Below are positions 38,115-52,029 of a stretch of 64,000 bases of DNA, one piece after another. The position numbers and the translations under genes are program-made. The DNA is taken from assembly GCA_047495785.1 (NCBI GenBank), contig JBLDXI010000054.1, positions 1,302,001 to 1,366,000 on the forward strand, read 5' to 3'. Under the pieces are notes generated by a model. It had not been told where the DNA came from. It ran no database searches and saw only the letters and a program-made list of their open reading frames with translations. Positions within the stretch are counted from its first letter, which is position 1, and the number at the start of each line of letters is the position of its first letter. This DNA is from Lepidodermella squamata (taxonomy: Eukaryota > Animalia > Gastrotricha).

Positions 38115-39226
38115 ATGCCTGGTTCTTACTACTCACCTGTCGAACGCGCGGAAGTGGCGCTGCTATATCACGAGAAAAAGAATGCGAGTCTGGCGGCACG
38201 ATTATTTCGATCTAAACATCCTACTAGACCGAAGCCATCTGTTAACACGGTTAAAAGAAACTACACGCGCCTTGTAAACACAGGTAATAATTTATTACTT
38301 AGCTCACGCAGGTGATTAATCGGAATTATTTTTTCTGCATCAGGGGTGATGACGGATTTGCCTAGAAATCAACTTCCAACGAATCAGGTCGAAAATGTGG
38401 TTATCAATTACTTTACGCAACATCCCAGCAAGTCACTTCGCGATGCCAGTCGGGAGCTGAATTATAGCCCTGAAAGAATCAGATTAATTTTGAAAAAAAT
38501 GGATTTCACCCTCATAAATTGCGCCATGTGCAATCACTTAATCCCGCCGATTTCGAACTGCGATTATATTTTTCGGCGTGGTTTGACGCTCAATGTGAAT
38601 CTGAAATCGGTTTCGTGTGGGACATACTGGTTGGCGATGAGGCTAAATTTCGCTTAAGTGGTAAGGTGAACGTGCAAAACTTCCGTCACTGGTCGACATC
38701 CAACCCACATGAGATAATTGATAATCAAGACCAGGGTGCAGAACGCGTTGACGTTTGGTGTGGAATATTTCGCGACACGATAATTGGTCCCTATTTTTTC
38801 GAGGGCAGTGTTAATGGCGCGAAATATTTGAAGATGCTCGTTCAATGGCTGTGGCCGCTGATTCGAGAACGTGTGGGTCCTAGAAGCATGTTTATGCAGG
38901 ACGGCGCCCCATCACACTGGTCTCTCAAGGTGCGCAAATGGTTGGATCGACGATTTCCGCACCGGTGGGTTGGACGCGGAGGTCCGGTACCGTGGCCTCC
39001 TCGTTCGCCGGATCTAACGCCACTCGATTTTTACCTATGGGGTCACCTCAAAGACAAAGTTTATCGGGGGCGAATCGACAGTATGGATGAACTGAAGGAA
39101 AGAATCCGAGTCGCCTGTGGAGAGGTTACGCAGGAAGCGTTGGCTAATGTGCGGAGAAATTGGCAGGAGCGCGTTCGATCATGCATTGCGCATGGCGGCC
39201 AGCATTTTGAACAGCTTTTTCGCTAG
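38115..39226 (+). CDS. DD41D transposase; exons 38115-38283 and 38344-39226, with a 1-nt frameshift in an A7 run at ~38493-38499
   Basis: N-terminal HTH regions. Catalytic motifs GDEAKF, MQDGAPSH and PRSPDLTPLDFYLWG, with 41 residues between D2 and D3. 60-nt phase-1 intron. One extra A restores LKKNGFHPHKLRHVQ. Confidence 0.9.
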
Positions 39227-39364
39227 TTTCAAGGTGTGATTGTGTGAGGATGGTTTGAAAAGTTCAGAAATTTGAATAAAAAAATCGATTTTTTTCCAAT
39301 GTCGTCAATTTATTTCTTTCAGAATCGCGCAGTAGTTCACCTTCTCAACTCAACACCAGGTTTT

Positions 39365-39780
39365 TTAATCGTCCTCAAGGAGAGAACGAGCCTTGGCGAC
39401 GATAGAAGTCGCAGAGCGACCCGGCAATCGAGCGCGATAAATGCTGTCGATAAATTCGATATATACGCGCAAATTGAATTTCGTGGCTTTGCGGCCCGTG
39501 ACTCGTAGAAATTTAACAAATGCGCGACACACGTTGACCTCGTGGTCCCCCCAATTCGAGTTTTCTTTGGCTAAATTACAACATTTTTTTAGCAATATTT
39601 CTTAAATATTTTTTTAAAATACTCACGCAAATCAAGTAAAATGTCTTTTGTGGGAAGACCTGGCATGGGAGGAAGGTTATCGAGCGTTACGTCAGGATCT
39701 AACTCCCATGTCCTTTTTCTTTTTCGCTGTATTCCAGAGCCACCTCCGGGCGAGCTTTTGGCTTTTGGCGAATTAACCAT
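39365..39780 (-). CDS. 119-aa spliced ORF inside the DD41D element, convergent with the transposase; exons 39780-39627, 39570-39365
   Basis: ATG, then a 56-nt phase-1 GTGAGT...TTTAG intron joining two ORFs in frame. NLS-like QRKRKR; helical C-terminal half. Confidence 0.7.
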
Positions 39781-41149
39781 TCACGAAAAACAAACGAATT
39801 TCTTTTAAGCTAACCAAATGCACCGGCAAATTTTAGGACTGAATGGTAGCTGCGCAATGCCCTAGCTTTTTATTGCCCCACGCAGTTGCTGTCGATTTCT
39901 TCAAACTCTTGCAACCCGAGCTACTAATAAAACCGAGACAACAGTGCCAATTACTGAAACGCGCCGCGCGCCAAATCACTGCAAAAAACATCTTTTGCTA
40001 ATGTGGGACGCGTTGCTCGTACAAAACCAGGTCATTCTTGCGAACAGTACTCATATATGAATGCACGATTTCGCAAGTATTAGTTATATTGCCACTATAA
40101 AAAAGTCACCCTGTATATTGAAATTTTCCTTGACCGAATTCAGCTTTCTCGCTCAGTGTTGGAGCCGGGCTCTGGAAAACTCATCGCTCAGCATACTTTT
40201 TAATTATATCTAACTAATCAAATCTTATCACTTTGATAATGGCACCTAGCGTTTCAGAGGGAAGTTCCAATCGTTCTATGATGACGGAAATCGTGCTGAA
40301 GTTCTCAGTCAATTTTCATTTAGGATCGCGTATTTTAAAATTTTATGCTACAAGGTTCACTTGTTTTTTTATTTTTGAGTCATTGATTATAAAAATAAGA
40401 AATCATACATTTACTTACCAATATCAAGCTCAATCCTGAGGTGGCAGAATATATTTCGATAGTGAAATTTGAATTCGATTAAGGCATCAAATTTGCAACC
40501 ATAACGCAGGGGCAGAGTCACTGAGACTTACTTCTGAACTGAGTCTGAATGAAACAAAATAAAAAGATAAAAAGAATTAGACCAAGTCAAACTATTACTA
40601 CCTGGTGCACACCATCACGACTCAGCCTCGTTCTCGAATCCGGAATCAGCCAGTAATCAGCAAGTAATCGGCGCAGACTCAGCTAATATGAAAAAGAATA
40701 CGTCAGTTAAATCACAATTTTCTATGAATAGCCGCAATTGATTTTATATATTTTTAACTTTACATGGAATCTAGTTGTATTTTAATTACCTTTTTTGGTT
40801 TTTTAAGAGTACAGTCTAGGTCATACTATGCATTTATTCATTCATCCTTCAACTATATTATTTGCCGCAGGCGATTAGGCTAGTGCCACGTGGCGATGCT
40901 GGAAGCATGAACGGCGCAGCTTCCAGCGCCAGTTGTAAACATACCGCCGCTCATTACTTGGGTAATTTTCTCGGTTATAGCGTATCAAATATCAATAAAG
41001 CACCTATGGTCGTATTATCCTCGGTCTTGTTGTTATCATATTCCCACGAACCAGGTCAAGGCTACCTTTCATTGGCGCCGAGACCCGGCTAGGTCTTTTC
41101 GCCGCTGCGTTGAAAGTAACGAGCTACCAAGCGACGAGCAACGTTCAGA

Positions 41150-43100
41150 TCATTTTTTATTTTTAGATAAAATACCGATTAAGTACCGCATACCGCACCA
41201 CGCCGCATGCGTCCACGGGAAAATCTCCTCTCGAAATGACCTACGGAGTAAAAGCCCGGCAGCCGGCGTTCGCTTTGGGACCGCTGCCTCCGCATAAGAA
41301 CCCGACGCCTGAAGGCGAACAGAAGGCCGAGGGGTTGCGTGAAATATTTTCGCGCATATGGGCGGAAGCGCAAAAAGCTCAAGCAAGGGCAAACGCAAAC
41401 AACAAGCGTCGTGACGATGGGTCGGCCCGACCAGTGAACCCGTTCAAAATTGGCGACCTGGTACGTTCTAAGCTCCCCGAGAAGGACGGCGGGAAACTAG
41501 GAATTCGATTCGAAGGCCCGTTCGAGGTGAAAGAGATACTGGGTACCAACAACGTCCGGATCCTTCGAAACGAAGTAGATAGCGTGGAAGAATCAACCGG
41601 AAGAGTTGAAAAGGAAAGGGACGTCAGCGGTATTATCATCTGCAAAAGTAGCAGTCAAGTCCTCAGCGCCTACGACAGCGGCCAAGGAGACGTCGGCGGC
41701 ACGGGATGGGAAATACAAAAATACTTGAAATTCAATTTCAATCTGCCATGGATGTGGACCCTATAGTCCCCCCAGTCCCCCGAAACGAGCCAGATTTCGA
41801 TCGAGCTCACTTGCTCCTTAGACTGAATAAAATCACATGTTTCAATTGTGAGAAGAAGAATCATGAAAGAGCGGACTGTTTGTATCCACCGTGTATTTTT
41901 TGCAAGAAACCCGGACACCTACAGTATTACTGCAGGCAAGCTGAAGCTCATTTGGACCCCCAAGTTAGGAAAGCAGGCTGATCCGGACAGTACAGCGCTA
42001 GCGTCACCTGTCAAGTGGCAGCGCGCCGAAAATAGCCACGTTCAATAGCCAATTAAATAGCCACCAAGTCCACGTTCGACTTCACGGTATCTCTGGCATT
42101 GTCAGCGTATAAAGAATCGTGCAAAATAAAAAATATCGTTTGCCCTATTTCAGATTTCAAGGAGTCAAAGACTGCCTCTGAAAAAGCCTCTGATGGAATA
42201 ATTGCCCGCCTCGTCAATCTCGAGCGAGCAGTTAAGGATAAGGCTTCATCCAGCGCTTGTGACAACGCCAGCGGAAGTGGCAGTGGCAATGCCAACAGCG
42301 GGCCAACCGGCAGTGGCTAGTGGCTACGCCAGCAGTGGTGCAAGCGGCTACGGTCGCGGGATTTCTGGGCAGAAGCGCCAGCATTTCGGCCAGCCCCCAC
42401 CAGCCATGTGTATCTGGTGTCACCGCACCGATCACCTGCCATCACGCCAAAGCGTGTGATTACTATGGTCGCAAGAACCACTTGCTGCCGGCGCATCCAC
42501 TTACGTGCGCCGGCATCCACTTACGTAGAGACATTGAGAGGGGCACCGTGCGAGACGAATTTCAGACACCCGACGCGCAGACCGCCGCCGAGGGCTCAAA
42601 AGAGCAAGCCGACGATGAAATCAAACAGTTCAAAACAAGGACATTCGAATAAAAATAATAAAGTCTCACATAAACAACTATTTTTCTCAAAATCGTCTTA
42701 TGACATCTCTTGTGTCGATTCTGTTCATGGTGTCTATATTGCACGCCCGAAACCGTGCCTAATTAACATTAGTTCGCATAACTTGGTACTCCAAGCTCTG
42801 ATAATCACAGGGGCCACGATCTCGGTTGAATCGCAACAAGACGTGAATCTTATCCAAAAACAAGGACAAGTTTGGCACCAGCCAGGAAGTAGGGTCGCAA
42901 CAGATGTGGACGGTTGCACCTTGAAACTCTTCGGTGAAATCTATCTATAATAAAAGGTTTTCAAATCATTTTGCTGTCTGCCAAGGCGGCGGTGTCGGAA
43001 TTCTCTTAGGTTGGACTTTTTGCGACGAGTCCACGCCAACATCGATTTAGCCACCAACACTACAAGTTTCGGAGAATTTCCACTCCCACTCGCCACCTCA
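41150..43100 (+). mobile_element. rearranged/nested Ty3/Gypsy relics: integrase C-terminus, gag zinc knuckles, protease
   Basis: FKIGDLV...KL..RFEGPFEV (GPY/F module, 41236-41600); CFNCEKKNHERADC and CIFCKKPGHLQYYC (41840-41935); further decayed knuckles at ~42410; ALIITGATISV (decayed DTGA protease motif, ~42795). Confidence 0.75.
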
Positions 43101-46100
43101 ATTTGTCATGAGTCATGAAAGTATTGTTAATAATCTCGCTTATTCTAAAAAGTAGCTGGTGATAAAAAAAAGAGCTTAGGAATATTTCGATCCGAATTCG
43201 AGCGACGACGCGCACTTGCGAGATTACATCCGGCTGAGTCCAGGCAAAAGGAGTTCCTCTACTGGACATAAACCGACCGAGCCGATTGCCTCAGGCACGG
43301 GCCTATCGGAAGAAGAAGAAACTTTACTGCATGGCGGTGAGGGGAGCGTGGATCCGGCTTGTAAGGACTCAGCGGAACCCCCGACTGCTATTGATTCCGA
43401 CAACACTCCAACTGCGGCCCCCTCAGCCAGCATACGCAGGATCGGTATACTTATCCCCCTACTTCAGCATCTCACACCGGATGATAGGGTCTCTCTGCGA
43501 CCCCAGTTTCTCTGCGACGTACACAAGTGTTACTTCAGAACCACTATAAGACTCCGTGCACACATCCCTAAATATACGCTTCCGAAAATGAAGTACTGCT
43601 CGATATCGAGGGATGCGAGAATGAGGAGCAAGTTGTAGAGCAAATCATCAAGATGGAAGAAAAACTGAAGCACATGACTGCTTTGCGACTGCAACAGCGC
43701 TCAAACATTGGCGAGGGCTTTTGAAGTTTAATATGAAGAAGCAAATTGAATTTTTCGAATACATTGATGACAGGTACGCCATGAAGAAAACATTCGCTAA
43801 CACGATGATGCTGAATTATACTCGGCTTTCCGTGGAATGGAAAAATTTCTCAATTGTGCTATTCCCATATAGGCAGCTGATGAAGGCTGACCCTGTCTTT
43901 TTATGAAGAGCTGTGACGCCTTGGAAATCTGCGAAGATGGGATCCAAATCGATCATATTCCGTCTCGTTGCTGCTTTTGATATTACCCGAACCAGGTCAG
44001 GGTATCTTATCCTCCCTTCACTCACGAAGAACCACGAAATAGCTACACAACTCGCGGCTGTCCTGTGAAGCGTCCTTCTCGCAGAATCATTAATAATAGG
44101 CCCAGGAGGTCAACAGAACAATCAAATGTTGGCATCAGTGATCAAGACAAACGAATTATCTTTTTTTCCCAACTAAAGAACTGTTGAAACGGCTGCTAGA
44201 CGCCAGAACCGTTCGAAAATGCCCAGTCAAATCTGCGCCCTGTCTGTCCGTATCATTCCCCAATTCGGACGGAAGTATTCGTCTAGCTATTCGTAGTTCG
44301 TAGAGGTGAACTTCCGGTAGAATTAACATCTCTTTTCTACGGGTTATTCTCTATTATTTCGCCGCTATGGCGATAATTTTACTGTTTTGGCTCATTTTCT
44401 TGACTATTCTCATTTTCACAGCAAACATCATCATTGAACTCACCTGAAATCCCAAGATGCTGGCTGGACTCGAAGATAGCAAGGCGATATTGAAAGCCAA
44501 AATTTAAAATCGTTGAGAACATCGGCATCGCAACCAGGCAATCCATAAAGAGCCATACTGGAATCTGAAGCAAAAAAATTGATGAAGATCATTGTCAACG
44601 TCAAATCGTCAAAAAATTACCTAATACAGTCAGATCATTTTCATGGAACTTCATAGGAATCGATAGGACTTCGGATGTTCAGTGTTCAGGCAAGGGGTGC
44701 GCGTATTCATGCTAAAATAAAATAGAAATTGTTAATTGTTAGCACAGTTACAGCTCCTTTTCAATCAGAGTTGGCTGTTATCCAAACAATGCTATAATGA
44801 TCTAATAATAAGGTGCTTCAATAGATTCTTGCTGGGCATGATACACTGACACCTGACACTACCTGCAAGCTGATTTGGCAGGGTTGCCACTTCATCCTCT
44901 ATTAAATGAACATGACATGGACGGTTTTGGCAGCGATCCTGACAACGTATGTTGTCTTTTTCGGGCCGCCAAATTAAATTCTGGCATGGATTTCGGCCGA
45001 GCTCAAGGCTATCTGTCGTGGGACATCCGAGAGTTTCAGCCAATGACACATAGGACTGGCACGCGATGAATTGACATTGTGGACATCGTGTAAGCCATCG
45101 TGGAATTGACACTCAAATCGTTATAAACAAGCCCCAATTTCGCGAATGATCGACATCTAATCATAAAAGACTCTGTTAACCCTGAAAAACCCTGAGAATA
45201 ACCACATTGTAATTTTGTGAAATCAGATTTCTTCAGCGACTTCTATAGCAACACAACGTCAGTCGGCAGAGCCTGCGGCGGAATCGGCACCCAATAAAAG
45301 ACGTTCAATAATGCGTCAGCGAGCCGCATAGACAAAAAATGAACTTTTACGTTTGAATTCATCAAATTCATTTCCGAAAATAGCAATCAACCATTAAAGT
45401 TTTTTGAACAATTTATTCAGATTACGTCAGTTCTTGATCGCCCCAAGACCCACCTGTTCTTCTCCTTATCGAACACCAACGTCGGTTTTGAATCGTCGGG
45501 CAGAACCATGCGTTTCGGCGCTGGTTTGTTGCCGCTGTTCGCCGAGCCGAATGGCAGACGATTCAGGAGACCGCTCAACAAATTGCCCGATGGGGTTCCG
45601 CTACTTTCGTCGCCTTTCTTTTTGGGTCACTTGTCATTCTGGGATGGCAGCTCTCTGAGAGGATCTGGTAGTTCTTAGAACACGCATCTGATGACAGCAG
45701 ATCACCTCAGTTCTAACCATATCTCAAGTTTTTTGTCTGAGTATCTTCACGTGATTTCATGTGTCGACTGACGAGTCAGGTGATGAGTCCAGTTACAGCA
45801 GTGAGTACTCTGATGGACCAGAAGGAGCCGACTATGCTCCTGAGTTGTTGGAAGCCGGAAAGCAGAGGCAGAAGACTAATGATCCTCTCCGGCAAGTCGC
45901 AAGCGGCCTAGTTCTCAAGCCAATACATGCTGAGGCCCAATCCGAGCCGGAGAGGAACTCGACGGTAAGTGTGGTTCAGGCAGCATTTATTGCCTATTTT
46001 GGACTGATCGAGTAGATCACGCTTATGCCGATGGCGTGGGTCATCCTACTCTTGAGGGCCTTAAATTGAAAAGGTATCAGTTGATTCTGTGGACTATTTT

Positions 46101-46299
46101 AGCCATAAAACTTTATCGGTTGTTTTCCAGGAAACCCGAATTATGCTGGATTCGGATTCAAATCTTTAACTCAATACTGAAACGCTTTGGTCTATATGAG
46201 CAATGTTATGACAGAATGTCACCGTCACTTACCAAACGTTATTATATTGATCCATAAATTATTTGTGAATAATTATATCTGTCACTTTCATCAGATTTT

Positions 46300-46680
46300 G
46301 GTAGCTCTTGTCAAACAATGTCTCAGTAGCCTATCGAACACCAAAACAACGACCGCATCAGACGAAATTCCGGTGTAAAAAAACAGCAGATTTTTTGGCA
46401 CCGCGTCTCGCTCCCATTTACAATACCGTTATGATGGAGAGAAAAATTTCCTCAGCATTGGAAACGGCAACAGCCACACCATTGTTCAAAGACGGTGCAA
46501 AGACAAAGTCGGTAACTATCGACCTACCACGATTCTATCACTTGTATTTCGGACATTTGCACGATGTCTCTCTACTCAATTAAGGCTCATTTGATCAAAA
46601 TTCAATATTTATCTCCATCACAATTTGGACTTCGGAAATTTCACTCAACAGTCACCTGCTTTGCAAAAATGACTAATGTC
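46300..46680 (+). mobile_element. non-LTR (CR1/L2-like) retrotransposon RT fragment, frameshifted
   Basis: K....DEIP, LAP.LAPIYN, ATPLFK.G.K...NYRP, SQFGLRKFHST: the standard LINE RT N-terminal motif series. Confidence 0.75.
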
Positions 46681-47191
46681 GCAACTGTCGCACATTAGTC
46701 AATTCAGTTTAAGATAAGACGTTACTATATTCATTCTACAAACTCTGCCTGCAAATTAGTAACGCCTTTGTAAATCGTAACGCCCGAGTTTATCCACTTT
46801 GTTGTATACTATAAACCTCAGGTTCAAGTATAGTCACTTTTTTACTTTCTGGACTCGCACTCGCTATGAAAAACGAAAATTGATAATATTGGGACTCACC
46901 ATTTTACAATAGCGAAATCCCAGTCTTGACAAGCTGCCCATGCCACGACAAACTTGTATCCCGTTGCCCGTTGTCCATCTTCAGCCTTGAGTTATCGAGC
47001 TTTTCGAGATCGGATTTCGCAATCCCGCAGAAAATTTATAAAAAATCTAAAAATAAGAGAAACGAGAAGTTATCAAAATTCGTAAAACTTCAATAATTTC
47101 CAACAAAAATCGCTTACAAAAATTGACATGTAAAAGCGGCTAAAAATGAATCGTAATTACAATAAGTGGCATAAAAATCGGAATAATTCGG

Positions 47192-50100
47192 TCATTTCTT
47201 ATCGGCTGGAAACATTTTCGACACGATTGAAATAATCAGCGAATTTCCGTACAGCGTTTCATGCATGCTCGTCGCAATGTGGTTGAAAGTCGAGCTTTCT
47301 CGTAAAGAGGCCAAATACTTGCGAAAACGTGGGCAGTTTTCCGCCAAGGTAGCCATCAGCAACCCGGCTGCGATCGGCACCAATTCTTCATAAATCGGAT
47401 CATCGCCATGTTCTTCGTTCGAATCGTCGAAATTCGAGTAGATCGCGACCAATTTCGCGATTTCAGCAGCGAGTCGAGCGAAGTGGTCATCAGCCACCCT
47501 AACCGCATCAAATTGAACTAGTTTCGGACATTTAGCGAAAATTGCATGGAATGCGACCAAATAGTTCACGGCAATTTTCGGCTCTAATTCAGATAAATCG
47601 AGTAACTTTTCAAAAACAATTGAACCAATTTTTTCGAGTTGAACCCCATGAATTTTCAACCAACGCTCTCGACATTTTTCATCAGCTGATCGGAGTGAAA
47701 TTGCAATAAATTCGATTTTCACGTAATTTGAGCCCAGATTGAATTGATCGAATGCAAAATCAATTAGAGATTCAGATTTGATTAAAGCTTTCGGTAAAAA
47801 AGACAGCGGCATGCAGGCTAAATTCGTCATGAAAGACCACAGAATTTTCATTGAGTCCAAGTCTCGTAGTAGAAGAGGTAAAGCGCCTGAAATCGTATTC
47901 ACAAATTGCTTGGCAAACGGCTTGCATCTTGACAATCGCAACAATTGGTGGAAAAATTCAACTTTTAAGGCGGTATTTTTCAAAATTGAAATGAGATTCT
48001 TCAGTGTCGCTTTGCTGTTGGCGTTCAGCTTCTCCCAGTTTTGAGCTAGAAATTCAGATCGGCTGGTCAGTTGAACGTAGTAAGATAGGTGATCGATTAA
48101 ATTCGGCTTCTTGTCAAAAAGTGAGATGAGCAACTTGTCGGTGGTTTCCAGAATTTTCTTCGCAGAATGCGGCTGCGTCTCGGGCCCGTTGGTTAGATAC
48201 TTCTCCTAAATAATAAGTATACATATTAATATTCAGAATCAATGAAATAAAAGTTCTAAATTAAGTGAAATTATTGTAATGTTACGTCAAATACCTCCAA
48301 AAATATTCCGAAAATTAGCCAGAGTACAAATTAAATGCCGTCATAAGCAGACTTTCGACTGCTCGACTGAAATGGCTCAAAATCAAACCGATTGCCATAA
48401 AACATTCCGCACCAGTAAATTATTTTCAAACAAATTTTATACAACAGTAAGCAACTAGCATTTTCGCTTATATTTAATCACGAGAGCAGGAAAAAGGCAA
48501 CTGATTCATCTGCAGCAGATGCCAGATTCATACCTGGGAGTCATGTTACAAAGTCGTCTTGTATCATCTTGATAATACAATCGATCAATAGTAGAAGATC
48601 TTCCCCGAAGCAATGAAGGCTTTTCGAATCTTATGCGGTTTTAACAGAGACACAATCGAATATGCCGAGCTGAAAGGAACCGTCTACGACTGTTTGCGAC
48701 AGGTCGGAACCGACGAGGCCAGCGGCAAACGCATTAAAACAAGGATCAACAGATACATCGCGGCCAAGGCTTTCAGTAGTAAGATCATCACAATCGACTT
48801 ATCAAATCATTATTTCAGGCACTGACCACTCGTTGGCACTCATGTCTAACCAATTCACGGCTACCTTAGCTTCCATCACGTTAATCAGTGTTTTTAGGAC
48901 TTCGCGAACCCGAAAGTCGTTGTTAATTATTTTCGTCATATTCCCCGACACTCAGGCGAAACGAAACGAGGGATGCTTGGATGGAAGAAAACCCTGAGGA
49001 TGCAAACGCGGCTTTCGAAAGAATGGTTGGAAAGAAACAAGGGAAAATATATCGTCGTCAAGACCGGCCTCTGGCGTTAACATTTTCACCGTCATTCATT
49101 CAAATTTTTAATTCATTCAGCCGGCGGCTTCAACCGGCGTGGAACAATTTTTCTCGCAGCTGAAACTTCTTCTGAATCCCAACAAGAGTAGAACAAAGGC
49201 GTTATTGGCCGACTCAATGATGAAGTTGCGCATGAACTGGATAGTTAGGATGATAATTGGTTGATTATCGGAGCTATGTCTTTTATTTACTATCGAAAAA
49301 TGGCAAAGTCGCCGGTCAAACTTGACGCGGTTACGTCCACGAATTTTAACCGCAGCATCTCTAGTTGAAAATCCGCTATTTCTTTTAAAATCGAAGGTAT
49401 ATGCAGCATACCGAAATTTGTTTAAGGCTTATGATTACGCCCTGTTTTGGAGCTTTTCACCAAATCATAATTGATGACGACGACTTTAGAATAGCATTTG
49501 AGCCAAATCAAAGTGTGCAAGACGCCACAGCTTGATCTTCTCTTATTGTGCCAAACGATGGGCGTCAAATACGACAAAGTGACAAAGTTCAGTCGGAATT
49601 TCGAGAATGGAAAAAGTCTTGAGCATCTGGGCACAGTGCAGCGTTGCCTGCCGAGAAAACTGATTTGATGGGGCTGATCAATTCTTTGCGGACTTTCCCC
49701 GTCGCCACCGCTGAGTGTGAAAGAGGATTCTCTCAAATAAATCTGATTCACCGCGATCAACGCAATCGCTTGATGAAAGTCCCCGTGGTTAGCTCACCTA
49801 ACCTAATCATCTTCATGTATTGATTTTTCTCTAGATCTACTGTTCATCTCAATTAACGGCCAGCCAACATCCAAATTTGATCCCATTCCGTATTGTCGAG
49901 CGGGCCCGAACAGTGCTCGCTCGGCGAATAGGTTCAATTGTTTAAAATTGGTGCTCAGAGGTCGATACAACCCGTGCTCGACGAGGGCTTAACGGAGACA
50001 TAACCAAATACCAAATAATAAATATATTTATTTAAATATATTTGCCAACCTCTGAATGCTCGCAATTTCAGTAATTACTCGAGAAAACCGGAAAAATCCG

Positions 50101-51510
50101 GAAAAAATTACTCATGGGTAATTATCCGCTTTTAAACCGTTACCCTGAAGAATTTTGTCTTTATTTGAGATTTTTATTTGAATTATTAATCAAACGGTGC
50201 GAATAGATTTCACGAAAAGTAGCAGATATATAAAAACGTGAAAATACCTTGAATTGATGTTCCTTCCATTCAGCACTTGAAATCGCATTCAAAAGCAGCA
50301 ACAAATCGATCAAACCCGGAAAATTCGGCTCGTTAGCCGAAACCGCGGCCAAATATTTTGGCAAAGCATTGGCAAATAGCATCGAGCAAATCGATAATGG
50401 GCTTGCTTCCTCGAATTTCAACCCAGAAAACAGGAAAAACATCGAAGCCTGACAGGCGGTTTCGAAATCAGGAATTATCCAAGAAATGTCCCGTTGCTTC
50501 AATAACGGCTCGGCAAAGCTGAGCCAGCCGGAGAAAACGTCGTCGAAAATCGATACCTCGCGACAAGCCACCTTAATCGCAGACTTCGCCATAAATAAAC
50601 TCGCGCCAAATCGTTCGACGAAGGACAAATACCAGTCTTCGTGCAGTAATTGGTATCGAATGTTATGATGCCCGGTGTTGGCCGGGTAAAACCAGTTTGA
50701 AAACCAGTCCCACCAGGAATTACCCGATTCGGTTAATTTCACCCAGGCTGAAATCAACTTCATAAACCAGGCCAAAAATCGAAGTTCGAAATGGTCGGAA
50801 GTCGCAAAACTCGCTCGATTGAATAACGAAAATAACCGCTTATTATTCCGAATTTTCGGGATAAAATCGCTCCTTTGCCGCAAAAATTTCGAGATTTGAC
50901 GCTGGTTGCCGAATTTTATATAGCAGCATAAATGGGTAACCGGGTAGAGAAGTTCGGACCAGCTTTTCACGCCGTCCATATTTAGGATTCGATCGAGATT
51001 TTCGTCGAAATCGCGCTGGTCGAATGTTCGAACGACGCCCTGGTTCAAATCGGGCCGATGCCAAGTTTTCGACCCGACCCCGTTCGAAAAACCGAGTAGT
51101 GAATACGCGAGTGAGAAATGCGTTTTTTCCTCATTTTTCGGGAAATTTTCGTAGCCGGTAAACGCCAAAGCCGCGGCTTCTTCGTATCGTTTCTGGCCGA
51201 TCAGGGTTTCAATTGTATTTTCGAGTAAATCTTGGCTAAAGCCTCCTCGAATATTGCTGGCTGAGATGTAGTCATCGAAGGCTTGTTTCACATTTTTCGA
51301 TAATTTAGCGGCCTGGGCTGAATTTTGGAACACTGAAATGCGTCGCTGGCGCTCTTCGCAGGCCGATTTGCCACCAGCGGCACAAAGTCGGATTTCTGAG
51401 CAGAATCTTTCAACATCTGAGCGGTCGGTTATTGAGCTTAGGATGGATTGGACTTCAATTGAACCCGGTTCAGCCTGATCACCAAAAATCAGCTGATGAA
51501 AAATTGTCAT
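47192..51510 (-). CDS. helical protein family copy C (758 aa); exons 51510-50248 and 48205-47192, with a 2042-nt intron
   Basis: Phase-0 splice AAG|GTATTT ... TTTAG|GAG gives 758 aa, matching family length, with the family motifs in order. Confidence 0.85.
48500..49900 (+). mobile_element. decayed hAT transposase inside the intron of copy C
   Basis: TAECERGFSQINLIHRDQRNRL (hAT dimerisation motif) at ~49706-49772 and VGTDEAS (GTDGAS-like) at ~48703. Multiple stops; termini not identified. Confidence 0.7.
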
Positions 51511-52029
51511 GGAAAAAACCTAGATAGACGAAAAATAAAACAAAATTGAGAAAAAATAGTGAAAAATTCCGAAATTAGGAAAAATTGAGAATTTCAGATA
51601 AATTCGAACAAAATCACGGGAAATCAGAGATTTTTCAAGCCGAATGAATTTAATTGCCAAAAAATGAAAAAGACATTTTGGCCATGAATAATTCAAGATA
51701 TTAAAACTTTGATTTCCGAAAATAAGGCAAAATCGATAAAAAAAATTCTATTTTACTAAGACAATTCGATCTCTAATTTCAGGATTATTTTGATCACAAA
51801 ATTATAGCACATCTTCAATATTTTCTGAGAAATGAAAGCCACACGGAAACAAGACGTAGACAAGCTTCAAATTCTTAAAAACTTGAGGTTCATCTGAATT
51901 TAAAAATGTAATTAAAGATATTTTCCGCAGACTACACGCAAAAATTGTCACCGGTCATTTTAGGAGGAAATTATATAAATATGCACGAAATTCACATTCC
52001 GAAGAGAAAATGGTTCAATTGAGTAAATT

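Larger units (their letters stand above)
37827..40113 (+). mobile_element. full-length Tc1/mariner element of the DD41D type (2287 bp)
   Basis: Perfect ~27-bp TIRs CAGGGTGACTTTTTTATAGTGGCAATA with TA on both flanks; contains a transposase gene. Confidence 0.95.

Noticed and set aside
44400-45185. Exon-like minus-strand segments with a faint VWD-like GL.G.....NDF motif
   Set aside because: Splice-like signals are present but frames contain stops and similarity is too weak to name.
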